A stretch of 64,000 nt of DNA from Candidatus Methanomethylicia archaeon (GTDB lineage Archaea; Thermoproteota; Methanomethylicia; Culexarchaeales; Culexarchaeaceae), in the NCBI GenBank assembly GCA_038727515.1, contig JAVYVS010000001.1:160001-224000 (forward strand), read 5' to 3'. Position numbers and translations under genes: made by a program. Of the stretch, positions 19,754-30,091 are shown one piece after another. The notes below the pieces were generated by a model. It did not search any database, had not been told where the DNA came from, and saw nothing but the letters and a program-made list of their open reading frames with translations. Positions within the stretch are counted from its first letter, which is position 1; the number at the start of each line of letters is the position of its first letter.

Positions 19754-20601
19754 TGTTAAAATATTCTCTCTTTCTTGGCTGTTTTATACCTGCTATGCAA
19801 CCCTTTGCTGAAGCAGCTTTTAGAAAGATTTCTTCTATTCTCGGTATTGAATTAATTGATATTAAGGGGGCTTCTTGCTGTCCAGTATCTGATGTTTTTG
19901 GAATTGTTAGTTATGATGCTTGGGTTAATATTGCTGCTAGAAATATGTCTTTGGCTGAAGAAATTAATGGAGATATCGTTGTTTTATGTAATGGTTGTTG
20001 GGATACATTTTCCAGTGTATTGAAGAAGTTAGTTGAAGATGATAATCTTCTAAATAAAGTAAATAATAATTTATCTCTTTTAGGTAGGAAGTTTACTGGT
20101 AAATTAAAGGTTAAACATTATTTTGAAGTCTTAGTTGAAGATATTGGTTTAGAGAAGGTTCAGGAGAATGTGAAAATTCCATTAAATTTGAATATTGCTA
20201 TGCAGTATGGTTGTAAATTGTATAGGGATAATAGATTGTTAAAGTATTTTGATGAATTAATAGAGGTTATTGGTGCTAAAAAGGTTTTTTATGATGCTGA
20301 AAGATTATGTTGTGGTTATCCACTATCCCTATATTCACAAGATCTAGCTTTCTCTGAGAGAACTAAGAGGAAGATTGATTCAATAATTAAAGCTGAAGTT
20401 GATTGTATTGCTGTTACATGCCCAGCATGTTTCTACTATTTAGAGGAGGGTGAATTGAATTTGATTAAGAGTGGATATAAATGTAATATTCCAATTCTAC
20501 ATTTATCTGAACTCATAGCTTTATCCTTTGGATTTAAACCTAGTGAAATTGGAGGATCCCTACATAAAATTGGATATATGAATATTCTTGGTGGTAGATG
20601 A
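19753..20601 (+). CDS. hdrB: Heterodisulfide reductase subunit B-like (two CCG domains)
   Basis: FLGC...SCCP...ARN...CNGC and YGC...CCG...CPAC, both CCG motifs intact. Confidence 0.92.
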   Translation: MLKYSLFLGCFIPAMQPFAEAAFRKISSILGIELIDIKGASCCPVSDVFGIVSYDAWVNIAARNMSLAEEINGDIVVLCNGCWDTFSSVLKKLVEDDNLLNKVNNNLSLLGRKFTGKLKVKHYFEVLVEDIGLEKVQENVKIPLNLNIAMQYGCKLYRDNRLLKYFDELIEVIGAKKVFYDAERLCCGYPLSLYSQDLAFSERTKRKIDSIIKAEVDCIAVTCPACFYYLEEGELNLIKSGYKCNIPILHLSELIALSFGFKPSEIGGSLHKIGYMNILGGR

Positions 20602-21022
20602 TATGATTGAGGTATTAAATTCTCTAAGGGATTTATTAGGAAGTGATCTATTTGATTTTTATCGTGATCGTTATGGTAGATATTATCTTTTAACTAAAGC
20701 TGAGAGGATATTGGATGTAGTTGGTTTAATTGTTAAATTTGATGGGAGATTTATAGCTTTATCCGCCAATGATCTTGGAAGTTTAGGTTTTGAATTAATT
20801 TATCATTTTGATTTTAGTGGTTTTGGAGAACCTTATGTAGTGTCAATTAAGGTTAGAGTATCTAGAGAGAATCCTGTTATAAAATCTATTGTTAATATTG
20901 TGGAAGCTGCTAATTGGGCTGAGAGGGAAATTATGGAATTGATGGGTGTTAAATTTGAGGGGCATCCTGATCCTAGAAGATTATTCTTACCATATGCATG
21001 GCCTAAGGAGGAAGTGGCATAA
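20588..21022 (+). CDS. Group 4 hydrogenase NuoC/EchD-like subunit
   Basis: YHF, A.WAERE..ELMG..F.GHPDPRRL; true start may be ATG 20602. Confidence 0.9.
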   Translation: MVVDDMIEVLNSLRDLLGSDLFDFYRDRYGRYYLLTKAERILDVVGLIVKFDGRFIALSANDLGSLGFELIYHFDFSGFGEPYVVSIKVRVSRENPVIKSIVNIVEAANWAEREIMELMGVKFEGHPDPRRLFLPYAWPKEEVA

Positions 21023-22239
21023 TGGGTGAGAATAATTCTAAAGAAACTTCACTTAAAATTGGAGGGTTAAATTCATCTCAATTCATAGTTCCAATAGGAC
21101 CTTTTCATCCAGCTCTTCTTGAAGGTGAATTCTTTAAGTTAAAGGTTGATGGTGAGAAGATAATTAGTGCAGATATTAAGCTTGGCTATAATTATAGGGG
21201 GATTATGAAACTCGCTGAGGAAAGAGATTATTGGAAGAATATTTACTTATTTGAAAGGATTTGTGGTATATGCAATTTTACACATACATTAGCATATGTT
21301 ATGACGGTTGAAATGATCGGTGGAATAGATATACCTGATAGAGCTAGGTATATAAGAACTTTCTTAGCGGAATTGGAGAGAATTCATAGTCATATGTTAT
21401 GGGCTGGCATAGCTGTAGAACTTCTTGGATTCAAGACCTTATTCATGTATATTTGGAGGGAGAGGGAGCATGCACTTGACATCTTTGAGATGATTACTGG
21501 TAATAGAAGGCATTCAGCTATGAATACTATTGGTGGTGTTAGGAGAGATATAAGTATTGACTTAATTAATAGGATTGAAGGTAAAATTAAGGTTTTGGGG
21601 AAGAAGGTTAAAGAAATTGAGAAAATGATATTGGAAGATCCTATACTAAAATCTCGTACTAAAGGTATTGGTGTTCTCGGTAAAGATAATGCTAAGAAGT
21701 TGGGTGTTGTTGGACCTGTGGCTAGAGCCAATGGATTGAAAGTTGATATTAGAAAGATGGATCCATATGCTGCCTATAAGGATGTTCCTTTTGATATTAT
21801 TACCCGTGATGATGGTGATGTATATTCTTTAATTGAAGTTCGAATAGGTGAACTCTATGAATCTATAGGTATATGCTTGTATTGTTTAGATGTACTTAAG
21901 AGGATTGGAGGCCCTATAAAGGTTGATGTGAGTGAACTTCCACCTGGTGAAGCTATTGGAAGAACTGAAGCTCCTAGAGGTGAACTTTTCTATTATATTC
22001 TTTCTAATGGTACAAATATTCCTGAGAGAGTTAGAATTAGAACTCCATCATATATGAATGATTATGCAATTTTACATATGCTACCAGGTTATACTTTAGC
22101 TGATGCTCCAATAATAATAGCTAGTGTTGATCCATGTATGACTTGTACTGATCGTTGTATATATGTTGAAGACGTTAGGATTGGCATGGTGAAAAAGACT
22201 ACTCTAATGGATTTATCTAGAGAAGTTTGTGGTGGATAA
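21022..22239 (+). CDS. Group 4 [NiFe]-hydrogenase large subunit
   Basis: GPFHP, ERICGIC (L1), ELERI.SH, EAPRGE, RTPS, DPCMTCTDR (L2) plus C-terminal extension. Confidence 0.95.
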   Translation: MGENNSKETSLKIGGLNSSQFIVPIGPFHPALLEGEFFKLKVDGEKIISADIKLGYNYRGIMKLAEERDYWKNIYLFERICGICNFTHTLAYVMTVEMIGGIDIPDRARYIRTFLAELERIHSHMLWAGIAVELLGFKTLFMYIWREREHALDIFEMITGNRRHSAMNTIGGVRRDISIDLINRIEGKIKVLGKKVKEIEKMILEDPILKSRTKGIGVLGKDNAKKLGVVGPVARANGLKVDIRKMDPYAAYKDVPFDIITRDDGDVYSLIEVRIGELYESIGICLYCLDVLKRIGGPIKVDVSELPPGEAIGRTEAPRGELFYYILSNGTNIPERVRIRTPSYMNDYAILHMLPGYTLADAPIIIASVDPCMTCTDRCIYVEDVRIGMVKKTTLMDLSREVCGG

Positions 22240-24110
22240 ATATGATTGATCCAAGTATAATGATCTTCTTGATATTTTCGTCAGCAGTATTTTCATTGAT
22301 TCATAGAATTCCAAGAATTATTAGGGATTTCATGTTTGTTTCATCAACTCTTCTCACTCTGATAATCGTTATTATCAACTTATGTAATCCATATACTGGA
22401 TTTATATTTCTAAATATGTTTAATTTGTCAATTAGAGTTAATGGTTTTACATTATTCCTCTCTTTAATTGTTTCATTTATTAGTTTTATGGTGTCAATAT
22501 ATTCAATTGAGTATATAGAGGATGAAGATAGGGGTATCTATAGTTTTTTAGTGTTAATTATTGTTGGATGTTTAATTGTAATGGCTTTTTCATGGAATCT
22601 CATGGTCTTATTCATATTTTCTGAAATATGTATTTTTGCATCATCACTTCTTGTAACCCATTATAAAACTTCTATTTCATATGAAGCTGCTTTAAAATAC
22701 CTTGCGGTACAATTTATTTCTTCAATTTTAATATTGAGTGGAATTGGAATTTTATATGATGAAATTTTGAAGAAGGGGTTTTATGGGTTTCCAGTTTTTG
22801 ATCTTGATTTCTTATCTCAATATTTAGAGGGTAATGTTGCTATTAAGATTGGTATAATTTTCATTTTAATTGGTTTTATGGCTAAATTACCATTATTTCC
22901 AATGCATATTTGGCTTCCAGATGCTTCAACTGTGTGTCCAGCTCCTATTAGTGTTCTATTGCATACTATGATGATAAAGGTTGCGGGTATTCCCAGCTTC
23001 CTTACATTATTTAAGCTTTCAAATATTTTCCATAATCCCATTATTCTCTGGTTTCTTCTATGTTGGTTGGGGATTATAACTATGTTTGTTAATACTGTAA
23101 TGGCTTTTGCTCAAGATGATGTTAAAAGGCTTCTAGCTTTTGATAGTGTTGGTCAAATGGGTTATGTTGTGCTTGGGCTTGGTATTGGAGGTCTTGGATT
23201 TATGAAGTTTAATATTTATGGTGATGTTACTTGGCTTGAAGTTGCTATTATAGGTTTATCTTCTGGTTTATTTCACATGTTTAATCATACATTATTTAAA
23301 TCAGTTTTATTCTTTTGTTCTGGTAATATAGAGCATGAAACTGGAATTAGGGATATCAATAGACTGGGAGGTTTATTTAATCATATGCCCTTTACAAGTA
23401 TTTCAATGCTTATAGGTTCCTTAGCTATTTCTGGAATTCCATTTCTCAATGGTTTTGTTAGTAAGTGGATGATTTATAATGCATGTATTGGTGGAGGAGA
23501 ATTCATTATGGCCTTTATCTCCATTTTTACTTGTGCTTTAACTTTTGCATTATTTATGAAGGTTATTGGATCTATGTGTCTGGGCTTATCCAGCTTTAAT
23601 AAAGATGTTAAGGAGGCATCAAATATTATGATTTTCCCACCAATCCTATTATCCGTATTCTGTATAATTTTTGGAATATTTCCACATATAGTTTTGAGAT
23701 ATTTATTGTATCCCGCTATTTACTCATTGACATCAATAGTTAGTTTTCCAGTAATTGATCCTTTTGAATCATTAATTAAATTATTATATGGATTTTTTGA
23801 TGTATATTGGCTTTTTTCTCTGTTTATGTTGATATCTTTACTTATATACCTAATTATTCATAGATTTTCTCAAAAGAAGATTCCTACGGTTTCTAGGGAT
23901 AAATATCTTCCATTTACTGGTGGAGTTTTTCAAGAACCCTACATGGTGATTAATGAGATTAAAGTTTCATCAACTCCATTTACATGGTTTATACTTAGAT
24001 TTTTCAATTTATTTAGGATGTATCATGGTGGATTTATAAATTGGTATGTATTGGTGATTTTAACATTTATTGTCGTCATTTTTACGCTTACTATTTTTGG
24101 AGGTGTTTAA
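22227..24110 (+). CDS. Antiporter-like ion-translocating subunit (NuoL/HyfB/MrpA-D family)
   Basis: EAALKY, K...FP.H.WLPDA...PAP.S..L, D.KRLLA, H..FK..LF, G.P..NGF.SKW. Confidence 0.93.
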   Translation: MWWINMIDPSIMIFLIFSSAVFSLIHRIPRIIRDFMFVSSTLLTLIIVIINLCNPYTGFIFLNMFNLSIRVNGFTLFLSLIVSFISFMVSIYSIEYIEDEDRGIYSFLVLIIVGCLIVMAFSWNLMVLFIFSEICIFASSLLVTHYKTSISYEAALKYLAVQFISSILILSGIGILYDEILKKGFYGFPVFDLDFLSQYLEGNVAIKIGIIFILIGFMAKLPLFPMHIWLPDASTVCPAPISVLLHTMMIKVAGIPSFLTLFKLSNIFHNPIILWFLLCWLGIITMFVNTVMAFAQDDVKRLLAFDSVGQMGYVVLGLGIGGLGFMKFNIYGDVTWLEVAIIGLSSGLFHMFNHTLFKSVLFFCSGNIEHETGIRDINRLGGLFNHMPFTSISMLIGSLAISGIPFLNGFVSKWMIYNACIGGGEFIMAFISIFTCALTFALFMKVIGSMCLGLSSFNKDVKEASNIMIFPPILLSVFCIIFGIFPHIVLRYLLYPAIYSLTSIVSFPVIDPFESLIKLLYGFFDVYWLFSLFMLISLLIYLIIHRFSQKKIPTVSRDKYLPFTGGVFQEPYMVINEIKVSSTPFTWFILRFFNLFRMYHGGFINWYVLVILTFIVVIFTLTIFGGV

Positions 24111-25082
24111 ATGTTTTGGGATAAATTGTTAACATTCTTTGCATCTATATTTTTATCTTTTATTATTGGATGGTTTAATTTCTGGATTTTTAGGAAGTTG
24201 AGAGCTAAATTTCAATCTAGGGTTGGTCCTCCATGGTATCAGCCCTTTGCAGATATAATTAAACTTTTTGGAAAGGAATTCTTTATACCATCTCTTTCTC
24301 AAAGGTCAATTTATGTATTTTCTCCGATTTTATCTTTATCTTCAATTTTAATTTTAAGTTTCTTAATACCTCCGGGGATCCCCCATTGGATTGGGTCTTT
24401 CACTGGAGATTTAATAGTTATAATATATTTCTCAGTTATGTTTTCCTTATCGTTTATTTTAGCTGGTGTTTCTAGTGGGAATGTTTTTAGTTTTGTTGGA
24501 TCTAGTAGGGAGACTATAATGGTTTTAATTGTAGAATTGCCTTTGGCTATATCATTAATTATTCCTTCAATAATTTTAAATCGTCTCTATGGATTTCCTT
24601 CACTTTCTCTCTCTATGATATTAGAATTTCAGTTTTCCACGTGGTTTTCAATATTTCCTAATTGGTTTATATTTCATGCACCATTTTCAGCTTTAGCTTT
24701 ATTCATTTGTGTTCTTACTAAGTGTTCTTTAAAGCCCTTTGGAGATATACCTGAAGCTGAACAGGAAATAATTGCTGGTCCATTAACTGAATATGGTGGT
24801 CCTCTTCTAGGGCTTTTTGAAATTTCTAGATTACTTAGATTCTATGTCTTTCCAGCTTTATTTGTCAATTTATATTTGGGTGGTGGTGATACCTTCATAT
24901 ATCCATATAATATCATAATATTTTTAATAAAGATCTTCATAGTTGATGTAATTTTGGTAATTGTGGATTGTATATATCCAAGATTTAGGATTGATCAAGC
25001 TTTTAAATGGTATATGACCTTCTGTCTTGTTTTAACGTTAATTGATTTATTTAGATTTTCCTTGGGGGTTTTGGTATGGTGA
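24111..25082 (+). CDS. NuoH/HycD/EchB-like membrane subunit
   Basis: RK..A..Q.R.GPP..QP.AD..KL..KE, PF..PEAEQE..AG..TEY.G, PRFR.DQ. Confidence 0.93.
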   Translation: MFWDKLLTFFASIFLSFIIGWFNFWIFRKLRAKFQSRVGPPWYQPFADIIKLFGKEFFIPSLSQRSIYVFSPILSLSSILILSFLIPPGIPHWIGSFTGDLIVIIYFSVMFSLSFILAGVSSGNVFSFVGSSRETIMVLIVELPLAISLIIPSIILNRLYGFPSLSLSMILEFQFSTWFSIFPNWFIFHAPFSALALFICVLTKCSLKPFGDIPEAEQEIIAGPLTEYGGPLLGLFEISRLLRFYVFPALFVNLYLGGGDTFIYPYNIIIFLIKIFIVDVILVIVDCIYPRFRIDQAFKWYMTFCLVLTLIDLFRFSLGVLVW

Positions 25083-25639
25083 AATTAAATATTTTGAGGG
25101 AATTATTGAAATCTTTTATGAGACCTTCTACAATAAAGTTTCCTAAAGGGTCTATAACTGAAGTTCCAGAGGGTTTTAGAGGTCTTCCACAATTTGATGA
25201 GAAGAAATGTATTGGTTGTAAAGCTTGTTTAAATGTTTGTTCATCTAAAGCCATTTTTGCATATGAGGATGGAGGTCTTATGAAATTAAATATTTTCTAT
25301 GCTAGATGTATATTTTGTGGTAGATGCGAAGAAGTTTGTCCTGAGGGTGCTATTAAACTTTCACGGAAATTTGATTTAACCAGTTATAGTAGGGATGATT
25401 GTATACTTGGTATTCAATTGAGTTTAACTGTTTGTAGGAATTGTGGTAGAATCTTTGCATGTACGAATCAATTGAATAGAGTTAAAGATCGTATTTTAGA
25501 GAATATTGATCCCTCAATTAAAAGTATAGTTTTGAAAGATTTAGAGTATTATATTTATCTATGTCCTGATTGTAGGAGGATTTTAAGTTATGAATTTAAT
25601 TTTCATCCAGTTAAATTCTATGTTGTTTCAGGTGTATAG
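25076..25639 (+). CDS. NuoI/HycF-like Fe-S subunit
   Basis: T..FP...FRG, CIGC.AC...C, CIFCGRCEEVCP, extra CRNC...CPDC. Confidence 0.92.
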   Translation: MVKLNILRELLKSFMRPSTIKFPKGSITEVPEGFRGLPQFDEKKCIGCKACLNVCSSKAIFAYEDGGLMKLNIFYARCIFCGRCEEVCPEGAIKLSRKFDLTSYSRDDCILGIQLSLTVCRNCGRIFACTNQLNRVKDRILENIDPSIKSIVLKDLEYYIYLCPDCRRILSYEFNFHPVKFYVVSGV

Positions 25640-25641
25640 GT

Positions 25642-26220
25642 ATGATTGAAATCATAATTAACATTATAATGGTTATTTTAGCTATGATTATGATAGAAGT
25701 AAGGAAATTACTTTTACTTCCAATTCTACTTGCTGCACAAGGACTTCTATTTACATGCTCTATTCTTCTTGAAGGATTTAGTGAACATGTCTTTCCAATT
25801 ATTTTCTTTTCAATATTCTTTTCACCATTCATGGTTAATTATATTATTAGGAGGATTCATTTATCTGAATCAAATCCATTGCTTCCCCACATAATTTCGA
25901 TTGCTTTACTCTTACTCTTAGTCTTTCTATGTATTTCAATTCAGTTCCTTATCTTTGGTATTGTAGATTTGAATTTAATAATCATTATTATTGGTGTTTA
26001 TGGTATTATTGTGAAAACTGATTTAAGGAAGATTATTGCTTGTCTATCTATGATTTTTATGATATCACATGTATTCCTAGAATATCTCCCACTGGAATTA
26101 TCTATTATCTTAACATTTCTCTCTATCCTCTTCTTATCCTTCTTCATATTCTTCACTTTAAAGTTTTATTTAGTTAGTGGAAAGATAAGTACAAGAGATT
26201 TAAAGGAGTTGAGATTTTAA
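25642..26220 (+). CDS. Small hydrophobic hydrogenase membrane subunit (HyfE-like)
   Basis: Multi-TM, AAQG motif, C-terminal DLKELR; located inside the operon. Confidence 0.7.
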   Translation: MIEIIINIIMVILAMIMIEVRKLLLLPILLAAQGLLFTCSILLEGFSEHVFPIIFFSIFFSPFMVNYIIRRIHLSESNPLLPHIISIALLLLLVFLCISIQFLIFGIVDLNLIIIIIGVYGIIVKTDLRKIIACLSMIFMISHVFLEYLPLELSIILTFLSILFLSFFIFFTLKFYLVSGKISTRDLKELRF

Positions 26221-26666
26221 TGAAGATTTTAAAGTGGGCTAGGGAGAGATCTCCTTGGATTGCTTTATTTCATGCTGGTGGATGTAATAATTGTGATATT
26301 GAAGTCGTGGATTCTCTTACACCTAGGTTTGATATTGAACGTCTTGGAATACTATTAAAACAGAATCCGAGGCATGCGGATATACTTGTTGTAACTGGTT
26401 GTGTAACTAAGCATTCTAAGGTTTTCTTAAAGAGGATATATGATCAAATGCTATATCCAAATGTTGTTGTTGCCGTTGGAACTTGTGCTTGTACTGGAGG
26501 TGTCTTTGTGGATGGAGTAGGGGTTGAATTGAAGGAAACTCATGCAGTTATTGGTGGTGTTGATAAAGTTGTTCCAGTTGATGTTTATGTACCTGGATGT
26601 CCACCTAAACCTGAAGCAATTATACAAGGAGTAATTAAAGCTATTGGTAAACTTAAAGAGAAATAG
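26220..26666 (+). CDS. Group 4 hydrogenase small subunit (NuoB/EchC-like)
   Basis: GGCNNCDIE, PRHAD, VG.CA..GG.F, PGCPP.PE. Confidence 0.95.
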   Translation: MKILKWARERSPWIALFHAGGCNNCDIEVVDSLTPRFDIERLGILLKQNPRHADILVVTGCVTKHSKVFLKRIYDQMLYPNVVVAVGTCACTGGVFVDGVGVELKETHAVIGGVDKVVPVDVYVPGCPPKPEAIIQGVIKAIGKLKEK

Positions 26667-26718
26667 GTTTACATGTAGGTATATTTATTATATTGATTTC
26701 CCCATATATTTTTGGGCA

Positions 26719-27861
26719 ATGTTCCTTCGCGGTAAATATGGTGGTATATGTAAAATTTGTGGAATTGAAAGTAAGATAGTTTCAAGTGTTATTGGTGTTT
26801 GTGTAGATTGTTTAAGGAATAATTGGAGTGAAGCTAAGAAGATTATTTTAAATGTTCATGATAGATCTAGAGCACGTTATGGTTTACCTCAATTTCCACC
26901 TAAAAGTATTGGTGGATTAAGATGTGGTATTTGTGATTTAGATTGTATATTAAGTGTTGGTGATAAGGGGTTTTGTGGTTTAGTTGAAAATGTTAATGGT
27001 AAACTCGTTAGATATGCTGGTACTCCTATGGCTGGACTTGTTGAATGGTATTATGATCCTATACCAACGAATTGTGTTGGTGCTTGGTTTTGCCCTGCAT
27101 CAACTGGATTAGGTTATCCAAAATATGCTTTAACAATGAATGGGGAACATGGATATTATAATTTAGCTGTATTTTATGGTGGATGTAATTCTGATTGTCT
27201 TTTTTGTCAGAATTGGCAGCATAAGCAACTTGTTGTTAAAGGTAAACCTTTAATGTCTGCTGAAGATTTAGCTTCAAAAGTTAATTTTCGTACAACTTGC
27301 ATATGCTTTTTCGGTGGAGATCCATCTCCTCATGTTGTTCATGCTCTTGCAGTTTCTGAATATGCTTTAAAGAAAGCTTCATCTGAAGGTCGCATTCTAC
27401 GGATATGTTGGGAGACCAATGGTCATTTTAGTGAAGCTTTTATGAATAGAATTGTTGATGTTTCTCTTAAGAGTGGTGGAATTATTAAATTTGATTTAAA
27501 AGCTTGGTCTCCTGAAGTTTATTATACTTTAACTGGTATTGATATTGGACGTGTATATGAAAATGTTAAGCTTATCCTTAAACATTGGAATGAGAGACCT
27601 GAAGTTCCACTTTTCATGGCTAGTACACTTCTCGTTCCAGGGTATGTAGATGTATATGAAGTGGAGGGGATCTCAAGATTTCTAGCTTCTTTTGATCGTA
27701 ACATACCATATTCATTACTTGCTTTTCACCCAGATTATCTATTAATTGATCTTCCACCAACAAGTAAATCGCATGCTAAAATAGCTTTAGAAACTGCTAG
27801 AAATGCTGGTTTAAGGAATGTTAATTTAGGAAATATTTTCCTATTAGGAAACTATTATTGA
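26719..27861 (+). CDS. Radical SAM protein, PFL-activase-like (AmmeMemoRadiSam-related)
   Basis: N-terminal CxxC pairs, GCNSDCLFCQNW, GGDP, ETNG, DLKA, FHP.Y; start set at ATG 26719. Confidence 0.88.
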   Translation: MFLRGKYGGICKICGIESKIVSSVIGVCVDCLRNNWSEAKKIILNVHDRSRARYGLPQFPPKSIGGLRCGICDLDCILSVGDKGFCGLVENVNGKLVRYAGTPMAGLVEWYYDPIPTNCVGAWFCPASTGLGYPKYALTMNGEHGYYNLAVFYGGCNSDCLFCQNWQHKQLVVKGKPLMSAEDLASKVNFRTTCICFFGGDPSPHVVHALAVSEYALKKASSEGRILRICWETNGHFSEAFMNRIVDVSLKSGGIIKFDLKAWSPEVYYTLTGIDIGRVYENVKLILKHWNERPEVPLFMASTLLVPGYVDVYEVEGISRFLASFDRNIPYSLLAFHPDYLLIDLPPTSKSHAKIALETARNAGLRNVNLGNIFLLGNYY

Positions 27862-27932
27862 ATCCTAATAATCTTTATTTGTTTTAACATCGTAATAATT
27901 AACAACTCTTATATTCCTCATGGTGATGTTTA

Positions 27933-29174
27933 TTGATAGCTGGTGCTGAAATTCTACTATTATTTGTTTTCACAGTTTTTCTAGGTTATTTAAGTGAATT
28001 ATTTTATGATAAGACTAGAGTTCCAGATATTATTTGGCTAATTTTTTTCGGCATATTTCTAGGTCCAGTTCTACATTTATATGATCCTTCCCCATTTATT
28101 AGGGCTTCTCCAATTATGAGTATTATTGCATTGTGTATAATAGTTTTTGATGCTGGTATACATATGGATTTTAATGTTTTTCTAAAATCTTTTCCACGTA
28201 GCCTACCTTTAACCTTCCTATACTATTTTCTAACAATAATTATTGTGGGTATTACATCCTACATGTTTATGCATAACTACCTCAGTCTATTGGAATGTAT
28301 TTTGCTTGGAGCTATGTTTAGTAATAGTGCAGTAACTGTTTCTGCAGTTTTACGTAATCTAGAATCTTCTTCAAATGTTGATTTAAATAACATTAGGAAT
28401 ATTTTGTTATTGGAGTCAATATTATCTGATTCTATAGCTTTTATAACTGTAATAACTATTATTCGATTAATTATAACTCCATATATGTCTATTATTGAAG
28501 GTTTTGAGAATGTATTTCTATCTTTCATTTTCTCTCTTAGTTTTGGCTCTCTTAGTGGGATTCTTTGGAGTTTTATTTTAAATAAACTTAGTCATCGAAA
28601 ATTTAATTATATTCTTACGATGGCTATGGTATTTTTTGTTTATGTTTTTTCAGAGGAACTTGTGGAAGGGTCGGGTGTTTTATCCCTTTTATTTTATGCT
28701 TTGCTAATTGTTAATAGTGATACTCTTTTTGAGAAATTTGGTTTAAAGGATCATTTCATAGTGGATTCTAAACATTTACGTGAATTTCATGAAGAAATGA
28801 CCTTTCTTTTGAAATCATTTTTCTTTGTTTTTGTTGGTTTAATAATGCAATTTTCCTTTGAGCATGTTTTCTTTGGTCTTATAGTTTCGTTGGTAATGTT
28901 TGGTTCTAGAGTTTTATGCACCATCATTTATGATTTTATGTTTAAGCTTAATCATATTGAGAAATTTGCGATTATGTATACTTTTACAAATGGTTTATCT
29001 ACTCTTGTAATGTCTCGTCTCCCCTCGGTATATGATCCAAATAAATTGTTCTTTAAAAATTCTGAAATTTACACTAATATCTGTTTTATCACTGTTTTTG
29101 TAACTGTTCTATTAGGGATTTTTATAGCTCCATATATGATCTCAAGAAATATAAAATCTATAAATAAATGTTAA
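27933..29174 (+). CDS. Cation:proton antiporter (CPA1/NhaP-like)
   Basis: About 12 TM; VPD, G..LGP, FDAG, LES..SD, FFFV..G. Confidence 0.88.
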   Translation: MIAGAEILLLFVFTVFLGYLSELFYDKTRVPDIIWLIFFGIFLGPVLHLYDPSPFIRASPIMSIIALCIIVFDAGIHMDFNVFLKSFPRSLPLTFLYYFLTIIIVGITSYMFMHNYLSLLECILLGAMFSNSAVTVSAVLRNLESSSNVDLNNIRNILLLESILSDSIAFITVITIIRLIITPYMSIIEGFENVFLSFIFSLSFGSLSGILWSFILNKLSHRKFNYILTMAMVFFVYVFSEELVEGSGVLSLLFYALLIVNSDTLFEKFGLKDHFIVDSKHLREFHEEMTFLLKSFFFVFVGLIMQFSFEHVFFGLIVSLVMFGSRVLCTIIYDFMFKLNHIEKFAIMYTFTNGLSTLVMSRLPSVYDPNKLFFKNSEIYTNICFITVFVTVLLGIFIAPYMISRNIKSINKC

Positions 29175-29182
29175 TTTTCATT

Positions 29183-29947
29183 TTACATATCTTCCATGGC
29201 TTCATTCATCATTTGATTCACTATTTTTGTAATGTTTATTAGTTTTGATTTTACTGTTTTGAGATTTATGGCTAATTCAACATCATATACCTTTATAAGT
29301 TCTCTCAAAGTTTTTATTTCAGTTTTTATTTCTCTAAGATGTCTTATCATCTTATTTTTATCATCTTTATTAAGGTCTTGTAGCATCATGCTTATTTTTT
29401 CAGTTCTCTTCATTAATGATCGTTTTAAATCTTCTATAAACACTTTACCACTTCTTGGATATATCAATTTTAATCTAGATGCACTTATAACTTTACCTCC
29501 ATACATTATTATCTTTTTTATCAATATATTTGGTGAAATAATTCTACTTCCAATATATTCATCGTAGTTTATATAGGGGAATAAATATATCAAGCTTGAA
29601 GCTTTAAAACATGGTGCCCTATTAATCAGTCTATATATGGTTCTATTTCCACTTATATCCTTTAAAGGTTCATATGCCACTAGAATTAAGCTTCCAAGAT
29701 TATATATTCCATTTTCATAATCTATCTTTGCTTTTTCAACATTTCTACTAGTCTTTAATACTATTAAAGGTTCATTTTCACCCAGATTCTCATAGAACTC
29801 CTTATTTATCCTATTTGATATAAATAAATTCTTTTTCAATTTAAGCGGCATGGTTTTGGATTCTTCTACTATCCTATTCAAAATTGAATCATCATGTAGA
29901 ATTATATAGAACGGCATTATTTTCAAAATGAACCTATTATATACCAA
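29183..29947 (-). CDS. Hypothetical protein with C-terminal coiled coil
   Basis: 254-aa ORF with normal local codon usage; no firm family. Confidence 0.65.
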   Translation of the reverse strand: MVYNRFILKIMPFYIILHDDSILNRIVEESKTMPLKLKKNLFISNRINKEFYENLGENEPLIVLKTSRNVEKAKIDYENGIYNLGSLILVAYEPLKDISGNRTIYRLINRAPCFKASSLIYLFPYINYDEYIGSRIISPNILIKKIIMYGGKVISASRLKLIYPRSGKVFIEDLKRSLMKRTEKISMMLQDLNKDDKNKMIRHLREIKTEIKTLRELIKVYDVELAINLKTVKSKLINITKIVNQMMNEAMEDM

Positions 29948-30025
29948 AATAAAAGTTTAATGTTAATCATATATGAAAATAATTATAAAAAAATGAGGGA
30001 GTATTAAGATTTATTTAAAGGTAAT

Positions 30026-30073
30026 TTACTTCTTCTTCTTTGGTTTCTTCTCCTCAGGTTTCTTCTCGGCCAT
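30026..30073 (-). CDS. Putative 15-aa Lys-rich microprotein MAEKKPEEKKPKKKK
   Basis: ATG at 30073 preceded at 5 nt by AGGAGGTGA; TAA at 30028..30026; not in the ORF track. Confidence 0.5.
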   Translation of the reverse strand: MAEKKPEEKKPKKKK

Positions 30074-30091
30074 ATTTTTCACCTCCTTCTA

